A stretch of 64,000 nucleotides of DNA from Enterobacter phage EC-F2, in the sequence record MN508624.2. One strand, given 5' to 3'. Both the position numbers and the translations under genes were made by a program. The notes beneath the pieces were generated by a model. It was not told the origin of the DNA and ran no database searches. It worked only from the letters and a program-made list of their open reading frames with translations. This document shows, piece by piece, positions 36,936 to 44,434 of the stretch (the first letter of the stretch is position 1; every line of letters starts with the position of its first letter).

Positions 36936-37114
36936 TTTCGCCCCTCATAGATGACGTAGAAAAAACCTATAACCCATAGCAATGATATTACTATCAAAGC
37001 GGCTTTTCTGTCAACACCGTTAACGTGGAAAACGCACCATCCGAAGAGATACGTTATCACCGCGCAAACGATATAAGACAAAGCAAATACGGCATGTAGC
37101 GCGGTGAGTTCCAT
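36932..37114 (-). CDS. small membrane protein (60 aa)
   Basis: Two TM helices. Confidence 0.4.
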   Translation of the reverse strand: MELTALHAVFALSYIVCAVITYLFGWCVFHVNGVDRKAALIVISLLWVIGFFYVIYEGRK

Positions 37115-37647
37115 TAGTAGTTGTTAGCCCAACGACGCAGGTTTTCCGCCTGTTTCAGAGCATACAGCTTGTAGATGGTTTCCGCATCCAGTCCCAGCGC
37201 GAGGAACTTACACATGAAGAAGTGCCACTGGTCAATCAGTTCAAACAGGATTTCCAGTTTGTCTTCTTCTTTCATTTCTGCGAATACCTGATTACGCAGT
37301 TCCTGGTGATTTGCTTTCCACGGTTTCCATACACCGGAAGCCGCTTTTGCACCGCGAGACATACCACCCAGAGCGGTGTAAAGTTCGCGGGTTTCGTCTG
37401 CGATCGCATCATCTTGCAGTTTCAGCCAGTCCAGAATATCACCGCACGTTTTCAGGTTATCAGGGCGCGGAACCCATGAAAGGGTATCGGACAGGCTTTG
37501 CTGTGCGTGGTTTTGCAGATCCAGCATTGATTGCAGCGGGTCGCCGTTACGTGCCAGAATCTTTTGATATTCATTATCTACGAATTCCAGATCGGCAGGG
37601 TTAACCAGGTGCGCACAGCTATTAAACACAGGAGTTTTATCAGTCAT
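37114..37647 (-). CDS. 56: dCTP pyrophosphatase (MazG-like)
   Basis: 177 aa; CAHLVN, SGVWKPWKANHQE, LEILFELIDQWHF, IYKLYALKQAENL parallel T4 gp56 motifs. Confidence 0.75.
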   Translation of the reverse strand: MTDKTPVFNSCAHLVNPADLEFVDNEYQKILARNGDPLQSMLDLQNHAQQSLSDTLSWVPRPDNLKTCGDILDWLKLQDDAIADETRELYTALGGMSRGAKAASGVWKPWKANHQELRNQVFAEMKEEDKLEILFELIDQWHFFMCKFLALGLDAETIYKLYALKQAENLRRWANNY

Positions 37648-37654
37648 ATCAATC

Positions 37655-38680
37655 TCATTTTTTCGGTGATTTGTTCCACGACTTAAACCGAAGTTTTGCC
37701 GTGAGTCCAGAAACAGTATTATCTTTCAAATACTGCATGATTTCAAGTTTAGTTGCGCCGTCAGTTTTTATCATTTCGTTGATATCTTTTGACGGCCACG
37801 GGCATTTGTCCCACAACACAACCTTTTCGCCAGCCTCAATCAATTTTAAAAGGCGGTGAGTAGTATCAGGGTGTCTCGCTTCATTGTCAAGAACCCAGAC
37901 ACGCATATTTTTATACGGAACATCGGACAGCGCCATTTGTCCGCCCGTAATCGCACCAGCATTATCTACAAACAGGCTATCCAGCGGCCCTTCAAGCAGG
38001 TAGACAGGTTTCAACGGATCGATGGTATCTTGACCATACACTTTCGTTGAGTGTTCACATGCTTTGATTGTCATGTATTTTGCGTTGGCATTGTCACGTA
38101 AGGCACGTCCCTGGAATGACTCGATTTTACCCTTTTCATCAAAGATAGGGATCACCAAACGTGGTTCATCCTTCGGTAAAGGGTATGCGTCCGCATTCAC
38201 AGAATTAACCAGGTGTTGCCATTGACGCGTAAACCAGAGGCGATCATATTTGTCTTTAGGTATGTGACGACCTGCAACATACTTAACGATAGGGTGATTT
38301 TCTGGCAACGTGTCCAGACGTTCGCAGAACTGCAATTCAGGAATATATTTCTTTTCTTCCTTCGGCGGTTCTTCGTGCGTCTGTTTTAAATCTTTACGAT
38401 CCTTGAAAGATTCCATCAAATACGCCGTGTAATCATCCGGGTAATAATCTTTCAGAAACACAGAAAACGGCTTGCTGTAGTTGCAGTTAAAACAACCACA
38501 CATCATGTGTGTGCCTCGTTTTGATGGAAAGATCCAAAAACGTTTTTTGTGCTTATCCTTCATGGAGTCGCCACAAATCGGACAACGGGAATGGATACTG
38601 AATTCCCCACCCCGTCGAACGATTTCGCTTTGTGGTAATGATCCCATGATACGAGTTGCGAACTCTATATCAAGATACAT
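37655..38680 (-). CDS. 61: DNA primase
   Basis: 341 aa; N-terminal zinc ribbon CPICGDS...CGCFNC, TOPRIM-like core; same size as T4 gp61. Confidence 0.8.
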   Translation of the reverse strand: MYLDIEFATRIMGSLPQSEIVRRGGEFSIHSRCPICGDSMKDKHKKRFWIFPSKRGTHMMCGCFNCNYSKPFSVFLKDYYPDDYTAYLMESFKDRKDLKQTHEEPPKEEKKYIPELQFCERLDTLPENHPIVKYVAGRHIPKDKYDRLWFTRQWQHLVNSVNADAYPLPKDEPRLVIPIFDEKGKIESFQGRALRDNANAKYMTIKACEHSTKVYGQDTIDPLKPVYLLEGPLDSLFVDNAGAITGGQMALSDVPYKNMRVWVLDNEARHPDTTHRLLKLIEAGEKVVLWDKCPWPSKDINEMIKTDGATKLEIMQYLKDNTVSGLTAKLRFKSWNKSPKK

Positions 38681-38688
38681 GTTTACCT

Positions 38689-38910
38689 CTATCGGCTAAC
38701 TTCTTTCTCTGTGCCGTCTAAAGTGATTTTCCATTCATAGAATATCTTATAAAACGGATAAGGTCTAGGAATATCAACACCCGATGATGTTTTTCTTTCG
38801 TTCGTGTACACGATCGCTGTGTCGCTCATGTACTTGATACGGATAGGAAACCAGGTGTAATTGTTCGCAGTAACCCAGATCCGATAATTCAATGGCGGTA
38901 ATGGTTTCAT
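38689..38910 (-). CDS. hypothetical protein (73 aa)
   Basis: ORF. Confidence 0.35.
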   Translation of the reverse strand: MKPLPPLNYRIWVTANNYTWFPIRIKYMSDTAIVYTNERKTSSGVDIPRPYPFYKIFYEWKITLDGTEKEVSR

Positions 38911-39398
38911 TCTTCACTCTTCATGATTTTACGTTTGCGTTTATGCGGACGTGTAGAACCCAGAACCTTCGGCCCTTTGTTCGTGATCGCGCCTGTAGTC
39001 ACACCCGAAGCAATATTATCCACACTTCCGCCTGAATCACCTGCAACCATTTCTTCGTTGAGTCTTTCGCGAAGTTCTGGGAGGTTCATCATGATTTCTT
39101 CGTGCTCTTGCTCGGTCAGGTTCCAGCGGTTCCGTAACGAGTCATACGCGCTCGTAAGGTTCATGAACCCAGACATATAAGGAACCGCGTTTAAACGGCG
39201 CTTAATGTGTCTCACAGAGCGATGGAATGGGGAATATGCTTCCAGTTCTTCCTTCGTCTTCGGGTTCTTGATTACTTCCCCTTGACCGTCGATGATACCC
39301 AGCTTGTAAGCCGTCCATTCAGTCCAGGGCTTTTTCAGTAGGCGAATCATTCGCACACTGTAGGTCAAATCCATGTTTTTGATTAATTGATCGCTCAT
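38907..39398 (-). CDS. hypothetical protein (163 aa) with basic C-terminal tail
   Basis: ORF; RPHKRKRKIMK tail. Confidence 0.4.
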   Translation of the reverse strand: MSDQLIKNMDLTYSVRMIRLLKKPWTEWTAYKLGIIDGQGEVIKNPKTKEELEAYSPFHRSVRHIKRRLNAVPYMSGFMNLTSAYDSLRNRWNLTEQEHEEIMMNLPELRERLNEEMVAGDSGGSVDNIASGVTTGAITNKGPKVLGSTRPHKRKRKIMKSEE

Positions 39399-39403
39399 AT
39401 TCT

Positions 39404-40189
39404 TTACTCTATTGTGAAAGTGAAAAGGTTTTGCGCGGGTTCTGGCTCCGGTTCGGGGAATTCCATACAGACAACTTCACACATCGGTTTCACGCCTTTC
39501 CATTCTTCCAGATAATATCCGGTATCAATGCCGCAACCTGGTTGCATTTCAAGGCCAGTTTCATCAAGAAACTTTTTGCATTTCGATGTTGTCGTTGATT
39601 CGTCCTGTTGGAAATAACGCCGTCCAGAGTAACGGAAATTCGCGGACATCTGCGGGAGAATGAACGTACCCGCACGGGCAATCTGTGAAGCACGTTCAAT
39701 CACTTTATATTCAAATTCCGCGCCCGTATACTTACCCTTAAAATCGGATGTCTTTATCTTGCCGAAAGGCGGATTGCTGATCGCCATATCAAACATAGTA
39801 TCAAACTCCGTCGTTAACGCGTCTGCGTTAATCCAGGTCGCTTCCGGTACGATACGCTTACCCAACTTATAGTATGTATGGTTTAACTCCACACAGACGA
39901 TTTCACGCGGTTTGGCGTACATCATCATATGAAGCATCGCGAAGGATAGCCCACCGATACCCGCGCACAGGTCAACAACGCTTCCACTGGTACAAGCATC
40001 AATGGTGAAATCGCGAGCAAGTCCGATCGGGGTAAAGAATGCACCCAGTTCAGAGTTATTCGTAAATGCACCTTCATGGAAGTTTTCGATAATGAATAAT
40101 TTTTCGTCGTAGGTTAGCGCCTTGTCAGACTCCACCAGATCCATTATCTTGTTGTGTTGTTTGGTTTCCGCTTTCGTTAACTTCGCCAT
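39404..40189 (-). CDS. DNA N6-adenine (or N4-cytosine) methyltransferase, orphan
   Basis: Motif I VVDLCAGIGGLS followed by motif IV NPPFGK; 261 aa, no adjacent restriction or specificity gene. Confidence 0.65.
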   Translation of the reverse strand: MAKLTKAETKQHNKIMDLVESDKALTYDEKLFIIENFHEGAFTNNSELGAFFTPIGLARDFTIDACTSGSVVDLCAGIGGLSFAMLHMMMYAKPREIVCVELNHTYYKLGKRIVPEATWINADALTTEFDTMFDMAISNPPFGKIKTSDFKGKYTGAEFEYKVIERASQIARAGTFILPQMSANFRYSGRRYFQQDESTTTSKCKKFLDETGLEMQPGCGIDTGYYLEEWKGVKPMCEVVCMEFPEPEPEPAQNLFTFTIE

Positions 40190-40511
40190 TGACCTTTTCC
40201 GGTAATAAGAACAGAGGGGTAGATTCTACCACATCAAAGCCCCAGTCATCAACAATATTGCTTTCCCAGTCGCGGGTTTCCCACGGGCTGCAAATCCACT
40301 TATACACCCCAGCAGGATCTTCAACCTGTTCAGGCATACCCAGCATTTCCGCATTGATACCTTCGTCCAGATAGCCAGGATGAATATTAGGCCAGCGCAT
40401 GATATCAACGTAGCCTTTATCATCAACTGATACGATCCATTCGGAACGATACGGACTATCGAACTTCGGTTCTTCTTCGTCTGGAAGTATCATATCTAAT
40501 AAATCACTCAT
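40125..40511 (-). CDS. hypothetical acidic protein (128 aa)
   Basis: ORF overlapping the N-terminus of the methyltransferase. Confidence 0.4.
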   Translation of the reverse strand: MSDLLDMILPDEEEPKFDSPYRSEWIVSVDDKGYVDIMRWPNIHPGYLDEGINAEMLGMPEQVEDPAGVYKWICSPWETRDWESNIVDDWGFDVVESTPLFLLPEKVNGEVNESGNQTTQQDNGSGGV

Positions 40512-40774
40512 TTCACTAAACCTTCTTTAACGCCCTCTTTCATGGCTTTCAGAACACCGATAAAAGCGTCTTTGCCACCGATAGCGCCGATGATAAGCAT
40601 CAGGACACCAACACAACCCGCTAAACCGATTCTGAACAGGTTCCATGCAAACGGGATAGCCAGAAGCACTAACCACGGGAACGGAAATCCCATAAGTGCG
40701 TTTAGAACCAGTAAGATAAAAGCGATTGCAAGTTTCATGATGTCCTCCTTTGTTTGTTTAGAATAAGGTATCAC
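40508..40774 (-). CDS. membrane protein (88 aa)
   Basis: Two TM helices. Confidence 0.4.
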   Translation of the reverse strand: MIPYSKQTKEDIMKLAIAFILLVLNALMGFPFPWLVLLAIPFAWNLFRIGLAGCVGVLMLIIGAIGGKDAFIGVLKAMKEGVKEGLVK

Positions 40775-40832
40775 CTTTCGAGAAGGATTGCAATACCTAC
40801 AGATACAAAAAAGCCCCTTTCGGGGCTTAATT

Positions 40833-41087
40833 TTATGCTTTGTTGATTAGATACCGAAGAACGTTTTTGGCCTGAACTTCGTTACAGCAGAGTTTGAATT
40901 CTGGGTCGATTGGGAGGAAGCCCCAGAGGAAATCAACGCTACCTTCAACATCTGCTTTCCCACTTTTCAGCATTTCAACCAGCAAACCTCTGTTTACTAC
41001 GCTGTTCACTACTGCATCGAAATAACCCGCGCTGAAATCCAGTTCTGGGTTCATCACTTCGTCGTATGGGTTGTTCAGTAAGTTCAT
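40833..41087 (-). CDS. hypothetical protein (84 aa)
   Basis: Preceded by -10-like TGATAATAT and leader GTAGACAACGAAACGG. Confidence 0.4.
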   Translation of the reverse strand: MNLLNNPYDEVMNPELDFSAGYFDAVVNSVVNRGLLVEMLKSGKADVEGSVDFLWGFLPIDPEFKLCCNEVQAKNVLRYLINKA

Positions 41088-41168
41088 TTGGTATCTCCTT
41101 TAATCCGTTTCGTTGTCTACGGGAGTCATATTATCACAATCATAACTCCCGTCAACCCCTAATCAGGA

Positions 41169-41378
41169 TTATTTTGCGTTTTTTGCAATCCAGAGAGTCA
41201 GTTTAGGGAATACATTTGCCATTGCCACCACAAACAGCACCCAGAAAGCCAGCTTAATCACACCGATCACGATCAGAGGTGCAAACACAAGCCACCAGGA
41301 AGCATTTGCCATAACCCCGATTGCTGCCAGTTTCAGAGACAGGAGGATCAGGAACACAATAACGAGAATCTTTTTCAT
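41169..41378 (-). CDS. membrane protein (69 aa)
   Basis: Two TM helices. Confidence 0.4.
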   Translation of the reverse strand: MKKILVIVFLILLSLKLAAIGVMANASWWLVFAPLIVIGVIKLAFWVLFVVAMANVFPKLTLWIAKNAK

Positions 41379-41411
41379 TTCACTATACCTTTGGAGGGGG
41401 CCGAAGCCCCG

Positions 41412-42851
41412 TTAAAATTGAATGTCTGTGCTGTTTGCTACTTCGGCTAACTTACTGCTTCGGTTAGTTTCAGCTTGTTTTACCATAGCACCTTGTGCTT
41501 CTTCAAGCGTTTTCGGCATCTGACGACCTTTATAATCAGATTTGAACCCGATATCGCTGTTGTCGGTATCCATCCAGCGTTGATTACCCTTACGCACTTC
41601 GAGTTTGAAGTGGTTAAAGTGGTTCTTATCGCCGTAACGGGATTTGATCTGCTTGAACAACTGCAAGCCCTGATCAGCTAACTCGTCGGTCTCAATCACA
41701 GCTAACATAAAGTCAGCGGTTGCTGGAAGACCAGCAGATTCGGCAACGTCGCCCATACTGATATCAGAAGCATCCCACGCGGCGCGGGTAGTTTGCGCAC
41801 CAGTCCACATTACGGTATTCGTTTCAACAGCCAAACCGCGAAGTTCTTCGGCAATCGCTTTAACCAGGATGTATGTATTTTCCGCCCCGCGTACACGGGT
41901 AGAAGCACAGATCCCCAGGTAGTCAACAATAATCACATCAGGCACGAAGTTTTTCTTCAATTTAAGCTCTTTAATCAGCGCTTTGAAGTGGTTCGCGTTC
42001 GCCCCTGCTGTTGGGTATTGCTTAACGATTAAACGTCCGACCTTCGACTGTTTGAGGCGTTCCATACGGTTCTTATAGTCCGCATAGGTAATGTTCCCGT
42101 TGTCGATATCGTCAAGTGACACATCAAGCAGGTTAGCGTCAATACGTTTAGAACAAACGTGTTCAGCCATTTCCATACTGATATACAGGACGTTTTTACC
42201 TGATTGCAGGTAATCAGCAGCGAGAGAACAAAGCCCCAAAGATTTACCAACGTTAACACCAGCCATTAAGATGTTCAATGTTCCACGTTCTGCGCCGCCT
42301 TTGGTAATGGCGTTCAGGATCGGGATATTGAAAGCAATCTTCATCGCTTTGGACTGGTAAAGCATCCAGCGTTTTTCATAGTCTTCGAAGTAATCATGAC
42401 CGACCGAACTATCGAAGCTAATCGCTAACGCTTCCGCCATGATGTCAGGGATTGCCCCAACGTCAGGGATTTTGTTGTTGCGTTCTCCAGCAGGTTTTTC
42501 AGCATTCGCCTGGATCTCAATTGCACGGGACAGAGCGCGATACATTGCCTTGTCACGACAATAGGTTTCCGTTTCTTTCATCAACCAGTCCAGATCTTCC
42601 GGCGCATTTTTCATGCTGCGGATCATCTTTTTGGTGTCTTCGTAGACTACATCACTCAGGCTCTTTTTGTCCAGAGCTACTTCTAAAGCAGTTTGTGAAG
42701 GAATGCTGTTGAATTCCTGTACGTGCTTATCCATCAAATCAAAGAGAACTTGCGCATTCCCTTCGAAATATTCACGGCGTAAATGGGGCCACGCCTGAAC
42801 AAAATACGTACCATTAAAAACCAGATTTGAAAATATTGTTTCGACGATCAT
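41412..42851 (-). CDS. 41: replicative DNA helicase (DnaB-like)
   Basis: 479 aa; Walker A GVNVGKS, RecA-like fold motifs, same size as T4 gp41. Confidence 0.85.
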   Translation of the reverse strand: MIVETIFSNLVFNGTYFVQAWPHLRREYFEGNAQVLFDLMDKHVQEFNSIPSQTALEVALDKKSLSDVVYEDTKKMIRSMKNAPEDLDWLMKETETYCRDKAMYRALSRAIEIQANAEKPAGERNNKIPDVGAIPDIMAEALAISFDSSVGHDYFEDYEKRWMLYQSKAMKIAFNIPILNAITKGGAERGTLNILMAGVNVGKSLGLCSLAADYLQSGKNVLYISMEMAEHVCSKRIDANLLDVSLDDIDNGNITYADYKNRMERLKQSKVGRLIVKQYPTAGANANHFKALIKELKLKKNFVPDVIIVDYLGICASTRVRGAENTYILVKAIAEELRGLAVETNTVMWTGAQTTRAAWDASDISMGDVAESAGLPATADFMLAVIETDELADQGLQLFKQIKSRYGDKNHFNHFKLEVRKGNQRWMDTDNSDIGFKSDYKGRQMPKTLEEAQGAMVKQAETNRSSKLAEVANSTDIQF

Positions 42852-42860
42852 TGTTACCTC

Positions 42861-43166
42861 TTAAACCAGATTTGCGAACATCTGAAAGAAATTATACAGC
42901 TTTACTTTCAACGCCGCCCATAAGGTCTTTTCAGGCTTTGGGAGATTAGGCTTGATCTGCGCGTAGATTGCATCGTGAACCAGCGGAATCAGTTTTTCTT
43001 TATCTTCGTCCGGCGTACTGAATTCGACTTTCAAGCCGTTATCCCAATACACTTTATGGATGTACACTAAGTGTGCAACATCGTTTTCATCGTTGATCAA
43101 CAGTTCTTGAATAACGTCCTGCATTGCTTCATCAAGAATGTTCTTTGTTTTTTGTTCAATGTCCAT
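42861..43166 (-). CDS. hypothetical protein (101 aa), in the position of T4 gene 40
   Basis: Synteny only. Confidence 0.4.
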   Translation of the reverse strand: MDIEQKTKNILDEAMQDVIQELLINDENDVAHLVYIHKVYWDNGLKVEFSTPDEDKEKLIPLVHDAIYAQIKPNLPKPEKTLWAALKVKLYNFFQMFANLV

Positions 43167-43171
43167 GATTC

Positions 43172-43200
43172 ACCTATTAAAAGGGGGCAAAGCCCCCAGT
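43172..43200 (-). terminator. rho-independent terminator
   Basis: gggggcaaagccccc with T-run on minus strand. Confidence 0.55.
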
Positions 43201-43206
43201 TGTTTA

Positions 43207-44355
43207 TTACTCTTCTGACATATCCACATCATCAGGGATATCGTCATCCAAATCAAATTTATTTGACGGTTCTACTTCATCGTCAGAATAAAGATCTTCG
43301 AGTGCTGCCCCGTCAGTGATCTCTTTGTCAGGAATACGGTATTTTTCCTGAATCGCATCAAGGAATGGCTGGTGAGTGAACAGAGGTTTCCAGAACTCAA
43401 TAGAGTTGGTTTCCGTTTCACGCCATTTCTTATCTTCAACTTCGAGTTCGCCAGTCTCGGTATTCAGGAAAGCACGGTTGCGCCAGCCTTTCGTTACGGT
43501 CTGAACGAAGTTCATTTCCATAGCCAGATCCAGAAGACCAGAGAACATACTGATACCGCCCTCATAGGTAACATGAAGCGGGAATTTGGATTTCTCTTTC
43601 ACGAAGCGAGATTTCTCGATGTTCATGATGAAGTCATAACCGACAACTTCCGTACCTTCTTTCACCTGCTGTTTGCCCAGGATGATCGCGGTATCTGCGG
43701 AATACATCAGACCAGTACCACCGGAAATGACTTTCTTACTGTACATTTCTTGTGTGTCGTATGTGTGACAGATACACACCATTGGAATATCCAGATCCGC
43801 CAGGTAAGGCGTAACCATACGGAACATACCTTTAAGTGCTTTAGCGCGGGTCATGTCCTGTTTGTCGTTGTCAGACAGGGCATCAGCCAGTTCTTTTTTA
43901 CTCGCGGTGTTGCCTACAGAGTCCACAAAAATGATCACTTTGTCGCCGCGTTCCAGCGCGTTAAGCTGGCTCACAACGTCATTTCGAAGTTGCTCAACTG
44001 TCGTGATACGAGTATACACCACACGATCGGGGTCAACGCCCATTGATTTCAGGTAAGACTTAGTTACGCCTTTCTCTGAATCATAGAACAGACACACAGC
44101 ATCCTCATTCGCTTTGAGGTACGCCGCAACCGTCACCAGCCCCAGATTCGATTTAAAGTGTTTTGACGGGCCAGCAAACAGAGTTAAGCCGGAAGTCAGA
44201 CCACCATCGAAAGCGCCGGACAGCGCCAGGTTCAGGATCGGTACACGGGTTCGAGTTTTGGTGATGTTATTGAAAACATCGCTTTCAGACAGAATTGACG
44301 CAGATTGACTATTCGAGTTTTTGATCAGTTTTTTCAGGAGTGCTTTATTAGACAT
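43207..44355 (-). CDS. uvsX: recombinase (RecA-like)
   Basis: 382 aa; LAGPSKHFKSN, CLFYDSE, VDSVGNTASKKE, AKALKGMFRMVTPY, CICHTYDTQEMYSKKV collinear with T4 UvsX. Confidence 0.9.
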   Translation of the reverse strand: MSNKALLKKLIKNSNSQSASILSESDVFNNITKTRTRVPILNLALSGAFDGGLTSGLTLFAGPSKHFKSNLGLVTVAAYLKANEDAVCLFYDSEKGVTKSYLKSMGVDPDRVVYTRITTVEQLRNDVVSQLNALERGDKVIIFVDSVGNTASKKELADALSDNDKQDMTRAKALKGMFRMVTPYLADLDIPMVCICHTYDTQEMYSKKVISGGTGLMYSADTAIILGKQQVKEGTEVVGYDFIMNIEKSRFVKEKSKFPLHVTYEGGISMFSGLLDLAMEMNFVQTVTKGWRNRAFLNTETGELEVEDKKWRETETNSIEFWKPLFTHQPFLDAIQEKYRIPDKEITDGAALEDLYSDDEVEPSNKFDLDDDIPDDVDMSEE

Positions 44356-44434
44356 TTATTTTTCCGGTTTATATACACGCATAATATATTCCTCACAAAT
44401 TTATATAAATGGGGCATTTCTGCCCCGTCAGGTC

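Noticed and set aside
43372-44046. 224-aa plus-strand ORF
   Set aside because: Antisense to uvsX, whose protein is collinear with T4 UvsX.
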